From Lingula anatina (taxonomy: Eukaryota; Animalia; Brachiopoda): 64,000 bases of DNA. The position numbers were made by a program, and so were the translations under genes. The notes beneath the pieces are model-generated. The model saw only the letters and a program-made list of their open reading frames with translations. It was not told the DNA's origin and did no database searches. Below, piece after piece: positions 35,964-47,880 of this stretch. The stretch's first letter is position 1; every line of letters begins with the position of its first letter. The stretch lies in the NCBI GenBank assembly GCA_051362555.1, contig CM120644.1, forward strand, positions 25,070,534-25,134,533, read 5' to 3'.

Positions 35964-37969
35964 AGATTTCACATATTGTAAATTCTCTTCCTATCCTTAT
36001 CGAGGTATGAAGTTAAATATGTCGTAGGGTTTCCAAAATGTAATTGCTTGTGTAAAAAAAATCTTTTTGAAATTATGCAACTATAGCATTCTGCTAAAAT
36101 AACTGCCAAATCACAATCTTCACAGAAAGCTTACAAAACAATTTTAACATTGGTAAAACATAGTTCATCTTCCCTTTTTATTGATATAAATGTGTTTTAA
36201 TTTTCCTTGTTTCCTCAATACTTACGCCTTGTCACTGAAAGAAAACAATATTGTAGATGAATATAAATGTAACATTAATGAAGGTTTCACTTAAAACATT
36301 CACAAGCCTAGAATTTAGTTGCCTCTGTAAGTCTTAATGATTATATGCAATTTTATAAATTATATGAATACAGTGGTTTCTGCTTTACAATGTGCAAAAA
36401 AACATACAAAGTTATGTTATCAAAGCATTCCAGTTTCATTTTCCTTTTTAAAGTTATCAAGACCAAATTTCATTGTTCCTGTTTTGTACATACTTACATG
36501 TTCTTGACGTTACTGAAAGAAAAAATATCCAGATGAATATAGATTTATATTGAATTTTTAAATTATGAATGCATTATGAATTTTAAAATCCCACATATTG
36601 TAAGCTCTCATACCACCTATATCCGGGTTTGGAGTTTAATACCTTCCATATCTTATAAAATGCAGTTGCTCTTGTAAGTCTTAATGTAAATATGCAATCT
36701 GTATGAATAGAATGGTTTCTGCGTAGCAATGTACAACAAAATCGTACAAAGTTATGTCATCAAAGCATTCCACCTTTATTTTTTTTTTTTTAAGTTAACA
36801 AGAATATTATCCATTGTTTCTGCTTTGTACATACTTACATGTTCTTGATGTTACAAAGAAAAAAATATTGCAGATGAATATGGATTTATGATGAATGAAA
36901 TTCCATTCATTGTGAGCTCTCCTCTTACGTATACCCTTATCGAGTTATGAGGTTTAATATATTCAGATAACTAAGATGTACTTGATTAGGTAAAATTATA
37001 AATGAAATTATCCATATCGGAGTTTGGATAAAATGACTATCAGGTCACGATGTTTCACCCTGAGCTTCAGAGATATTAGTAAGCCTCTTCACTATAGCCT
37101 ATCTTCATCGTGTCAAGTTACCTCTGACCACATTCGATTGCCCGCACCGCCCGCCAATCAAATTTAAAGCCCGCCCTCAATGACTCATTGAACGATCTAG
37201 CCAATGAACGCGAACGAGTCAAAGCGCACTTTGTTCAAATCCGGACCAATCAAAGATAATGCTGAATATCAGGGACTTGCCGTAACCTGTGGACAGTACG
37301 CAAAATACGTCATCCCTCATCATCCCTCAGTAGATAATGATGCAGGGCCTCAAACTGCTCTGGTTTCAATTCCGATATACTCATATTTTGCAAAGAATCA
37401 AGAGATAACTTAACACATTCTTTTACGTAGTCACTGGTAGGAGACGCCATGCTTTTTTTTTTGTGTGTGTGTACGGTTATGCACTCGGAACTACTCGGAT
37501 GTCTTCGCACTCGACAATAACATCGTTGTTAGTATGGAGCTTGCGGAATCAGCCGAGGAGTGCCGATTGACGGTAATGCGGACGCAACGAAATACAATTT
37601 TCTCGTTGGACATAATTCTGGACTTTCAACCAATCAGCGTTTCAACAAATTTTGGTGAAAATGTTTGAAACATGGATTCGATTGGCTTATATAAACTAGG
37701 TCAAACTATTTTCGTCAGAAGTAACTTGACACGATGAAGATAAGCTATTGTGAAGAGGTCAGTGTCAAGTTATCTCTGAAGCTCAGGGTGCCATGTTTGC
37801 AAAAAAGAGTACACAACTATGTTTTCAAAGCACTGCAGCTCGGTTTATATTGTGACAGGATGTCAAATTTATCTTTTACTGTTATTTATTTACTTAATGC
37901 TTACCCTTTCGTTGGATCTCAGAAATGCTCTATGAGAAGGTAGAATTAATGCTTACCCTCTCTTTCCAT
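29656..37969 (-). CDS. TARBP2: TARBP2/PACT/Loquacious-like dsRNA-binding protein with a remodelled N-terminus. Exons: 37957-37969, 36498-36512, 36226-36234, 35633-35647, 35347-35358, 35081-35089, 34748-34756, 34043-34081, 33163-33420, 32409-32666, 31781-31908, 31426-31543, 30765-30899, 29656-29795 (385 aa if all included)
   Basis: dsRBD2 (NPVGELQE..PPQYE...GPPHDREF...GTGKSKKKAK), Loqs-like linker (IPSLTP..ISSFYTQLKNASGKKL) and dsRBD3 (LLQEIAEEQCFEVTYVD...QCLVQLSTMPVAVCHGSG...AAHNALQYLKIMTK). All junctions are GT-AG and phase-compatible. The 3' exons are secure; the 5' micro-exons are inferred. Confidence 0.85.
29955..30450 (-). mobile_element. RTE-clade LINE 3' remnant in the last intron
   Basis: KINAVEMWCCRQTLKIP...KRQCTFIGHCIRK...KRSRGRQK resembles the RTE ORF C-terminus; degenerate. 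Confidence 0.75.
30591..30803. repeat. 41-bp minisatellite (5 copies) made of the exon 3' end plus splice donor
   Basis: Unit ctacctttataactgagctcctgcaggtcaacataggtgac at 30596, 30637, 30679, 30720 and 30761. Confidence 0.92.
30765..30899 (-). CDS. TARBP2: TARBP2-like exon (N-terminal half of dsRBD3)
   Basis: GKKLNRLHTTSLNTRGSNFCQLLQEIAEEQCFEVTYVDLQELSYK; phase 1-1. Confidence 0.9.
31103..31413. repeat. 39-bp minisatellite, 8 copies
   Basis: Unit agcaggtcaacatgtgacctcagagcagtagaccagacc. Confidence 0.92.
31426..31543 (-). CDS. TARBP2: TARBP2-like linker exon
   Basis: MDSSKSAYADLKKGKKIPSLTPFVSRKISSFYTQLKNAS; phase 0-1. Confidence 0.88.
31781..31908 (-). CDS. TARBP2: TARBP2-like exon (dsRBD2 helix 2 + acidic linker)
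   Basis: GTGKSKKKAKCNAAMKMMQAV...EEEDDDAL; phase 1-0. Confidence 0.9.
32409..32666 (-). CDS. TARBP2: dsRBD exon, copy B (258 nt, phase 1-1)
   Basis: SSEERAKHNGSRTVLNRMIG...NPVGELQELAQKRLLSPPQYE...VKLGRITKR; intact splice sites. Confidence 0.85.
33163..33420 (-). CDS. TARBP2: dsRBD exon, copy A (258 nt, phase 1-1)
   Basis: Tandem duplicate 754 bp away; open frame, intact splice sites, several amino-acid differences (TQRRQLR vs AQKRLLS). Confidence 0.8.
34043..36853 (-). other. Micro-exon array (15, 9, 15, 12, 9, 9 nt, then a 39-nt exon) in ~270-340-bp homologous intron units, plus one dead copy at 36839-36853
   Basis: Each micro-exon is bounded by a T-rich ...cag acceptor and a gtaagta donor. 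Every length is a multiple of 3. The intervening introns share sequence. Confidence 0.75.
37056..37790. mobile_element. Non-autonomous TIR element with 8-bp TSD (hAT- or P-like)
   Basis: caccctgagcttcagagata...tatctctgaagctcagggtg with ~70-bp imperfect TIRs; flanks cgatgttt / ccatgttt. It splits one of the micro-exon intron units. Confidence 0.85.
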
Positions 37970-39099
37970 TTTCACCTGTCAGCCTCCTCTCACGTAGAAC
38001 TTGACTGAATGTTAATAAGATGAGAAATGGGTTCGACGTCTGTCTGACTTCACAATGTGGGTACTACTGGACGAGAAGACCTAAGAACAACGAAAGTGCA
38101 TTAAAATGTCGAATTATATCATTAAGAAATCAGTGTTAATTTTATGAAAAGTGGTTGAATTGTGATTTACATGTGGAATTATGCCATTAAGAAGTTAGTG
38201 TTTATGTCATAAAAGTGGTTAAATGGTGATTTTAAATTACTTCTAATCTTATTAAAAGCATTTCCAGAGTATATCAGCCAAAAAAGAAACGCAAGTTTTT
38301 CACCCTTTTTTTGGTTTTAATACGCGTTTTCATACATGTATAAGAATAGTGCATAAATGGTAGTGTATTGTTCAGGAACACGTGTGCCCTCCTCTGGCTG
38401 CTGTAATACAGCCTAGTACCATCCTCATGGACCACCAAAAAAGCTAAAGTCAGTTCCTTAGTTGACTAGGATTTCCTTCAGGGTGTTGTTATGTCACTGA
38501 ATACAGTGATCATTACTTGACTAGCATGTGCAGTTTTCGGTTATTTTGAATCACAATGTCAAAACAAAAACTTTCGTTTCTTTTTCTTTTTTTTTTTTTT
38601 TGGGGGGGGGGGGAGCAGTATGTAATAATATTACCTAATGAACTAAACCGTTAACAAAAAGAGTTATAATCAAAAATAATAAAATGATAACATACTAATA
38701 TAACATACTAAAGTCCAGATTCATAAATAAATATGAAATAAAAAATACATAAATAACTACTGTAGGTTAATTGAAAAGGCAGATAATGTGAAAGGTGTGT
38801 TGATAATACTGTTGCTTACAATGGTTTACATCATACTGTACATTTAACAGAATCCATGTATTTTGTTACAGATGGCAATTTTTCTTCAGGTTCTTTGCAT
38901 TAATCATATACCTTTCTTGAGATTCTTTGGGGCATTAATATAACAGTACTCAAATCAAAACATTAGGTAACCAAGTTTTTTATAGCACGTTCTTAACAGG
39001 CAGTAACCCATCCTTAGACAGGACTAACACGAACTGGGAGATAAGAAACGGGGCCTTGCTTGGAAAAAAGACGTGATCTCTGATTTACACTGCACCTTA

Positions 39100-39580
39100 C
39101 TCAAGAAGCCGACCTGCAAACATTTCAGTTTAAGATATATCATGTTATCTATTTTACTATCGGCTGGAGGCTCACTGAGTCACGGTTATGTACCTTTTGC
39201 CAAATTGAGACCGAAAAATCCATACATTTATTATTGGAATGCGTTCACGTACAGAACATATGGGCATTCTTGAAAACGATGAATTACAGCTCCAGTGGAA
39301 ACTACAACGGTTGGAGTTAGGTGTCACTGATAACAGGCTACCGGTGTAACGTGACAGAGAGTTCCCCATAACAGAGAGTCCGCTTCCCATTTATTTGCAC
39401 ATGTGAGCCTGGTGAGCCTAGATTTTGACCAACTTAGGTCAGACTAACCCTAACCATTATAACTATAAGGAGGGCGGACTTTCTGTTACACGGACCCTCA
39501 GTTACCTTACACCGGGTCTTCATACCGTTATATTACTCATTAAAAATTTTATAATGATGTGTAGAGCTAGAACTGAGATA
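39100..39580 (+). mobile_element. L1/Tx1-clade LINE ORF2 C-terminal remnant
   Basis: FQFKIYH...LCTFCQIETEKSIHLLLECVHVQNIW (CX2CX7HX4C) at ~39123-39263, resuming as VILLIKNFIMMCR after an insertion. Confidence 0.7.
39345..39511. mobile_element. Ginger1-like non-autonomous element
   Basis: TGTAA...TTACA termini, imperfect TIRs, CCGG on both sides (the reported Ginger1 target preference). Confidence 0.65.
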
Positions 39581-39648
39581 CCTAATGCATTAATATTGGA
39601 ATAATGCCACCGCACATATTAAGACTTATCGCAACATTGACCTGTGCT

Positions 39649-39682
<34 letters not shown>

Positions 39683-40602
39683 AGACTGATAAAAGAGCGC
39701 AAATTATCAATAACTGGAACAGCGTCACAATGTTGACATAAACCCCTCTTAACTGATAACTCTCTATAACTGACAATATGTTTAGTGTATTTTTATCTAC
39801 CTATTTCTTTACTAACGCATCAAATGCTGTGGTGCTTATGTATGCCCAGTGTCCCTGTATGTACCGAGCTATGTAGATAATATTTATAACAAGAAAGGGA
39901 AAGTATGTGGAGTTATAATGTATATATACAGTATGTACGTTCAATCTCAATGGATTATCTTTTCAATGAGGATCGTATGTTTGTTATATCATACGCTGTA
40001 TGATGGTATATGTCCCTAGGTCTGTATAATGGATATGAAGCTTTGTACGGTATTGAGATATGCTCACTTGAGAACTACCATGATTATAGACATCATTTTG
40101 CAGAAGTAAAAACGTAGTTAAACGTTAAAAGGTAATAAATCTGCATCTTTCTGAAAACCAGTCAAGTTTTCAGTCTATTCATTAGACCATAGTCACGACG
40201 ATGTCCGCTTGGTGGCACTGCGGTGACTGGTGGGTCACGTGAAGGTCTGACAGAGGGATTTGCATTTTTTAACTCAGATTTTTGTCAGAAAAAAAGGGCG
40301 ACGAGGTCCTTAGCCCTTCGAACATCATCTGAGTGAACATGACTCTTATATATTGTGTTGAGAAAGATACATTTTACTTTAATAATGTATGTGTTAAGTT
40401 ATAACACATATATAAAAGATTGACCCCCTATTGGAGTACGGTTTTCTTGGTAAAGGATAGAGATAAGGAGTAAATGTACATTAATGTTGACTCTACATAA
40501 TGCATAATATATTTAAATATATGGCCTATGAAAATGCCAAAACCTTCCTCACATTTGGCAAACTTTTTTAATCTAAATTTATCTTCATGGAAACAAACTT
40601 AC

Positions 40603-40770
40603 CTGTTGCAATTAGCAGATATATGGGAGAACGGGTCAAATGTAGCGTATATTTGGAGCTTTGGTCCTGGACTAATGTCGACAGTGAGTCTTCCTGGTCT
40701 CAAAGTGCGGTGGTCACATGACATGTGATCACGTAACAGTGATAAGGTGGACTCGCGTCTGATTATATAT
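40603..40770 (-). promoter_or_regulatory. Candidate non-coding first exon/promoter of the TARBP2-like gene
   Basis: Strong CAG|GTAAGT donor at 40603, an Ets-like CAGGAAG and an E-box cluster GTCACATGAC/CATGTGATCACGT at ~40713-40734. It could splice to the acceptor at 38081. Confidence 0.3.
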
Positions 40771-40813
40771 ATATTTTTTTCCTTGAGTCACAAAAAATAA
40801 TAAGGTTTAAATT

Positions 40814-41098
40814 CAGTGGCGGATTTAAAGGGGGGGATCAGAGGGGTCCTGACCCCCCCCCCCCCCCCCCCCCCCATTGATTTCTGAAAAAAAATCAAAC
40901 CAATGGCCCCCTCTTGAAATTAGAATTTTGACTTGCTGAATCATAGTTATAAACCGTACCAAGTCGTTCTCTACAGTACAAAGAATTTTCGGGGCCCATT
41001 AGCGGTCTCCGAGCCCCGGGCCCCACGCCAAGGAGGGGGGGGGGGGATTCTGCGGACCCCCCCCCCCCCCTTTCAAATAATCCTGGACCCCGCCCCTG
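40814..41098. mobile_element. hAT-like MITE with 5-bp TSD
   Basis: CAGTGGCGGATT...GACCCCGCCCCTG with AAATT on both sides. Confidence 0.75.
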
Positions 41099-41374
41099 AA
41101 ATTGTTTGTAATCTTTTAAAGGTAAAATAAAATACTACAATGTGTAAACCGTTTGTTTTATCTACAACACTTATTTTATGTGGGAAATTTAAAATACTTA
41201 ATTAAATACTAAAATGCCAACTGAATAATACAACAACCTTAAAGAACATAACCAGTTTGTTATGTGGCGTCACTTTATTTCGTGTCGATTATCTCCGCGC
41301 CGTTCTCTATGGTGTAACTGCAATGACAATGTCGTCTGCTGCGGTGTCAATGTTTTAGAGAAGTCAATTGCTAA

Positions 41375-41595
41375 AGCCCCCTCTACACTGGACAGCGTCC
41401 ATTCTGCGTCCCGTTGTACGGCCCCGTTTTGAGAGTAAAAAATAGAATGCTTTTACGTGCCGACGCCTGGCGGATAAATGGGCATTCTTTCTGCAACCAA
41501 AGCGATGCTTGTGCCTCCTTTCTACGACCACAGCGATGCCAGTTTTATGGTCGCACAAAGGACGCAGAAGGACGCCATCCAGTGTAAAGGGGATT
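41375..41595. mobile_element. PIF/Harbinger-like MITE
   Basis: TIR agccccctctacactggac../..tccagtgtaaaggggatt, TAA TSD; second copy at 63157-63369. Confidence 0.8.
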
Positions 41596-41736
41596 TAAGG
41601 TGTATAATGTAGTCACTGTCATAGTCATAGAGATGTCTCATCTCAAGGCTCCGTATCTCGAAAGCATCGCGAATAAGGTCGCGCGTCAAGGTTATTTTCA
41701 GTTGCACCCTGGATTACGCACGCTTGCTCCGCAAGG

Positions 41737-43734
41737 CATGGGCGTAACTAGGCATACGCACGGATGCACTGTGCGTACAATTTTTTTGAGCCAATCACGA
41801 TATTATTCTCTATAAATTTAGTGTATTTTCACGAAAAATCCTCTTCGATTGCAAGTAAGAGTCACCTGAATGTACAAATCTTCTGTATGAATCGTATACG
41901 CACCATTGTTCTGACGCCCCCCGTCTCGTTTGCTTTCACAGAACTAAGGTAAATAAACAATACTAGCTACCTCCAGAAGTCCTATCTTAATCATCCATCT
42001 AGCTGGAACTTCCTTTACCTCTTAATTGGAAGTTTGAATGCCCTTCAACTCTCAGGTAGCCTTTGTCTTAAGTGTGTCGAATGCACACTCGATGGCGATA
42101 TTTATCTCAGATAAAAATCTACCTGTGTTATTTTCAAACAGCAGCTCCAGCAGACCTGAGGACACTAGATAAAATCTGGACAACGGGCTTTATAAGGAGC
42201 CAGAGAAACAAAAAAAAATATATTTCCTGCAAAACTGTAAAGAATTTTGACACGGACTTGACCCAGCTTAACCCTCTAAACTAACAGGGTGATATGGGCA
42301 ATTTTCACAAACAAACAGAGCTTTATCCTGTAATATAATTGGTTGATTTTGGATGATACCATATATAAGTTCAACTTTTAGAAGATTCATCTTTAAGCTG
42401 ACCATGGACATGACGAATAATATAGCAAGAAGGTGTAAGAATCCTTCAACGATCAACTGTTCTTAAGATTATTTTCTGACAACTAGGGATAACCGCAACA
42501 AACCACATCGAACAAAGGTGCCTCACCGTTATTTAGAATTTAGCTTGATACAAGCGGGCATAATTTGCATATGTTTTCATAGTTTGTGTCAGTAAGCCCC
42601 TAGTTCAATAAATATACCATTCTAAGCAAGGCTTTTTTCAGCGAGTCCTCCAGCTGCCAATTGGACGGCAGCTGATTAAAAAAGTCTTAACTTGTCGGGG
42701 CAGCTGTGGACGTCGTATGAAAATCCATTGCAGTAATTTGACGTATGAATATTAAACTTCTTTCTAGTGCACGGTGTTTTTCAGTCACGACGTAACTACT
42801 ACCTAAAGCTTACAAAACACAATAAAATGTTTCCATTAACTTTAAAATACATAATGCAGAAGTGACAAGAATGATCTACATTCGGTACAAAACACGTGTA
42901 GGCCCTAAATGAAATATGACCTAACTTGCCGCCAAATTATGAAAGGGGACACCTTTCGGATCTTTATACGTATGGCATCTGACAAAGCTAATACATAAGA
43001 AAGGCAATTTTTATATCTTCGGCGAGAGATTCTTCGCAATCCGAAACAGACTAGAAGGCAATTTTCATATTTGTTCAAGAGACTTCGTTAACCGAGGATC
43101 GGGAACAAGAGATAGTTACCGACCGCAGCGAGACAAGAAGCCAATTTTCGTATCTTCAGCGGGAGATCGAGCGTGATCTGAGCGAACAGAGAAAGCGATT
43201 TTCACATTCGTTCAATGGACTTCGTTCGCAGAAGGTTGTCAGCCAGAGATCGTTCGCGATCCGAGCGAGACGAGAAGGCAATTTTTATATTCATACAAGG
43301 GCGGTCTTTCGTGGAAGAGCGTGACGGGAGATCGGTATCAATTATTTTTAACCCTCTTTCCCAATGAAATTTATTATTAAAAAAAGACTCCATTAATTTG
43401 TACCCCACCCCCACCCCCGCTCACGGCTTTTGGAAAAGTTTGAGGCCCTGAAATTTTGAAGTAAGATACAGATGGCAATTATGGACGGCCTGCACCCCAA
43501 TGCCGGAAAAAGCGTTGGTTCTGGGTGAAATAATTTACTGGAACTTAATTATACTGTGGGAATATTTTAAACTTTAAGTAATGATTTTATAAACGGTGAA
43601 AACTAAGCTATTATATTTGGCACATATAATTTAAACTGCCCTTCATCTTTTGCGTAAGTCGATCTACATTTAGCTATACCTGGGAATTTTGAAATTCTGT
43701 GCGTACAATTTTAAAAGGTCTGGTTACGCCCCTG
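41737..43734. mobile_element. 2-kb non-autonomous hAT-like element with 5-bp TSD
   Basis: CATGGGCGTAACTAG...CTGGTTACGCCCCTG with CAAGG on both sides; internal degenerate repeats at 42990-43340. Confidence 0.75.
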
Positions 43735-44873
43735 CAAGGTGTCGCCTGTGGTGGGGGGGGGGGGGGGGCATCACAGCCCATATGGTTACTGTGGCGAAGG
43801 TGACAGGTACTTCCAAACATTTTTTCATAACTGTCATTTTTCCTTATTCTATTCATGAATTTGATATTTACGGCAATTGAAAATGTGGCACCGGCAAAAG
43901 TGAATCTAGGTGCGTTGACAGGCCGCACAGGTGTCCCCAATTAACCGCCGCCAGAGAAGAGACCCCAAGCATTAAACAACACAACCTGTAGATATTGGAA
44001 ATTTGGAGAAAGTTAAGCAACTGAGGCTTTATTAGATTTGGACAGAAATCGGGGGTAATGCCCAGTGACATGCCAAACCCCTAAGTTCAAGTCTTGGCCC
44101 TTGACACCTGTAACGCACCCCTTAGTCAAGAATCTGAACAAATCAATGTTGGGCAGGTACAGGGTATACTTTATTTTTGTGATTTTATCAACTTGATTGT
44201 CAAGTGCCAGACTTTTTGTTCTCAGGTACTAGTAGCAAACTTTATCAGATAACAATCTGACACTAACCAAGCTGCACTAACAGCGCTGTAAACCCAGTTA
44301 TCAATGCTGTCATCTTTACCTGCATCTTTACCGGTATTATGCCAGTGGTACGTTTGATACATTTGAGTAAGGAAATATGCTTTTATGCTTACATTCATTT
44401 GTAATACGTTAGCATTAACCTGTTAATAAAAACTTGGAAACTTTCAATGTTATTACACAATAACACTATAATGATGGGAGATGTTATGATTAAATGCTTA
44501 CAAGAATAATAAAAACAAATTATGTGAAATATAAATGAATTGATTTTATTTGGGTTATTTATTTATTTATTTCAAACCAATTAATTATCAAACATGAAGC
44601 TTATTTTAAGAAACATTCACAGATATATGAAATATAACCCTGCTGGTACACAGATCTACAGTTCTAAAATGCAAATACCAAGTACCTTTCACACACCACT
44701 CATGAGATGTGAATAATCATATGTATAAAGTAGTAAAAATATCACAAAATGTGTGTAAGCAAGATATTTCTACAAGTAACCTCATTAATCAGTCAGGAAA
44801 CTTCATAATGCACCCAATAAATGTAGAAATTTGAGCCAGAGAAATTCTACATACAGGCATGACAGATTTACCA

Positions 44874-46286
44874 TATATTGCCATCAACCCTTAACTGAAT
44901 GGGCATAGAAAGAACAAAGTGAGTCTCCCTCCCATTAAAAATGAAAAATAAAAATAAATAAATAAATAACAGATACTGTCATTCTTAATACTGAAAAACA
45001 ATGGCACCTTGCAGCCTTCACTGCCTCACTATTTGCAGACAATGTTCTAGTCACTGTAACTGTGTAGTTCTGATGAGGCATAGATGCAAGAATAACTTCT
45101 TTGAAGTATATTGTGAAGGTCTCTTTTGTCATAAATCTGCCACATATAACCTGAATGTACATATTGCGATTCACACCACAGCAGCTTGTCTTAGTAAGGA
45201 CTCAACCAGTTTGAAAACTTGTGGCATAGCTTCAGGACAAGATCACACCATCTATCCTTGCTGTGATGATGGATCTACTAGTACATTATCTATGTCTTGT
45301 CCTCCTAGTTTCTCTAATACCATTTCCCCTGATCTATGCTCACATCAATCTCTACAGCTTTACCAACTGCTACACAGTTTTTACATCTGAAAGTATAAAG
45401 CAAAAATTGTAATAAAGCACTATCAATTTACTTGTTAGATATTGATTCGAGGGCAAGAGAAAAATGCAGAAACCTCATATCATAATCAAGATAATTGAAA
45501 ATCAAATATGCATAATCAAATTAATAGCTTTAATTGTACATACTACTGATGATTTAATCTTTTAAACTTCAGCATAAATTTCTCTTGTTAAAGCATAGAC
45601 ACTTTATTAAAATGTGCTTGAACAAATAATAATAATAATAAACAACCTGCACACAAGATGGAATATGGAGGTCAATTGCCACAAAATAAGTTGATTTGTA
45701 CTTGGTAGCCTGAGAAATAGTATCAGGTATTAATTTGAGCAGTAAATTGAGTAATAATACCAAAGAGTTAACAATGACACAAGCATATGGTGCTGTGTAA
45801 CAAAATTCATGCATTACTTGCTGTGGCAGTGTCCTCCTCAACCTATCGTGCACCGCAGGTTTTGATTTTCAATGTCATCAAAAATGTTTATTGTTGTTAG
45901 TTTGATTTACGTATCTTCTATTCAAATAATATCGTTTGGAAAATAACTAACTGATTTAATTATGCTTTTGCAACATGAAATCATCATTAACTTTGCCGGT
46001 TCGCGTGTATACAGTACCTTGCTATCAGTGCTGCTCTTTTCTCCCTAACTCGTCACTGACAGGCTAACCACATCGTTTCAAAACAACGTTGGTATGCTCC
46101 TTTACTTTTGGTGTTGGCAGTTTCGCCCCGGGGACATCGTTTTTGGTTAAAAACAACGTATCGTTTTCACCCATCTATACATTGCTCCTGTACAAAATGG
46201 CCGCTTGCTGCCCCCCCAAGGGGAAAAATCGTAGCACGTGGGTAGTTACGCAAGACCTGTGACGTATAACGCGCGCAAGGTTATTG
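44874..46286 (+). repeat. Dispersed ~1.4-kb repeat, copy 2
   Basis: Matches 3032-4440. Confidence 0.9.
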
Positions 46287-46428
46287 CGACCGAGCGCAAC
46301 CGTCTCTATTCCATAACTTGGGGTTTACACTCCCCATATAATAGCGATATCACATAGAGGCTACAATGTATTATATGGGACGAGTATAGGCGAGTTATGG
46401 AATCGAGGCGCTTGCGCTCGGTCGCAAT
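46283..46428. repeat. Hairpin/MITE-like inverted repeat
   Basis: attgcgaccgagcgcaa...attccataact vs agttatggaat...ttgcgctcggtcgcaat. Confidence 0.75.
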
Positions 46429-47494
46429 GCGCGATGCTTTCGAGATACGGAACCCTGGTCTGTCTGTGGGTTGAGGTGTGGTAGATGCGACGACGCCACC
46501 ACAACAATTGAGAAACAACCCTCAAGGCGATCGTATTGGCTTTTCTTCTGTTTGAAAGGGATATTTAGCAATCGAGGCAAGGCTACATACTGCGTGGAAT
46601 ACTGACTGTCGTGGAGCTTCTCTCCGTGCTCAGAGGAAAGGGAGATCATTTCTAAATTTAATTGTGTGCTTTGGTAATATAGTAAAAACAGGAACATAAG
46701 AAGTGTTTTATTGAATTGGAGAAAGACGAAGACGATTAAAACAAGAACGTTAAATGTCGATGCGATACCAAAAAATGTCAAATTTCAGCGATAACTCCGA
46801 GTCCGTGATAGAGTCTCAATCTTTTCCGCATCCTCAGCATCTCTGACGTAGAGTGGCCGATTAATGTATTTGTTGTTCAGGAATATATTTACTCTTTATA
46901 ATTATTATTATTTATTGAGCACTAAAATCTGAACAACTTACATTTTACAGGCCTATATCAAATCCTAGAACATATATCTTAATTTTTACTTATTCCTGAT
47001 TCTTATTCAGACAGAAGACCAGAAATATTTACTTGCCAATATTTGTCATTATATTATCCCACTGAGACACTGGGGTTGACAATAGCGGTACATATACCGA
47101 CCAGGGTTGACTGAGTTCTACACAGTCACTCAGCACAGTTGCAACCGGTCATGTAACAATACAATCACAATCACGTCACTCTCAGGGGCACACATGTTTG
47201 TTGTTTCTATGCTTTTAGTCTAACAAATAATTGTTACACGCTTACATTGTTTCTCAAACAAGTTTTCAATGTTTTCTTTCAATTTTGCGTCAACTTTGGA
47301 CCCAACATAGGCTTCTATTGAAGAACGCCTTAGACGCTATTATATCATGTTTAATGAAGCCGCGGTTCGCCAAACAGTCAACATGTAAATGTTTCCGCCA
47401 CATAAATGCACTGCTTTGGTGGAAAATAAAAGAATTGCAGCGTTCTTTGGCTGAACGACGTGATTACTGCTGGTGAAATCAATGGAGACAAATG

Positions 47495-47767
47495 GAGGCG
47501 GGCGGAGAAGCAGGCGGATCTTCCTTGTGACGTCATACGTGATCGTACGCGTTACCATGGCTACCTTAACGCAGTAGAAGGGCATTAAACTCATATCCAG
47601 TTGAATTTAAATTTATAAATGGATTTATAATATGGATTGATAAATGACTAAGCATAAGAAGCATTGTCGCCCTTCATCCATATTAGCGACAAACCTTGGT
47701 ACATACGGTCTTACATTGCTTATGGGTTATTATTCGTTACTTAAGTTTTCAGCAATTTGCAATTACC

Positions 47768-47828
<61 letters not shown>

Positions 47829-47880
47829 CCGCCCCGTTATGCCGTGGAGATAGATTTCATCCTCGTGACGTCACAGGTTT
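47495..47880. promoter_or_regulatory. Promoter-like cluster: GC boxes, two CRE palindromes, one X-box
   Basis: GGGCGG near 47500, TGACGTCA at 47528-47535 and 47866-47873, GTTACCATGGCTAC at 47551-47564 (RFX X-box with one mismatch). Confidence 0.4.

Noticed and set aside
37890-37956. Second gtaagcatta donor 52 nt into the first coding intron
   Set aside because: The extension meets an in-frame TAA at once, and a 27-nt intron would be too short.
44690-45390. Possible THAP9/P-transposase remnants
   Set aside because: The motif-like peptides fall on opposite strands with many stops; not supportable without a profile search.
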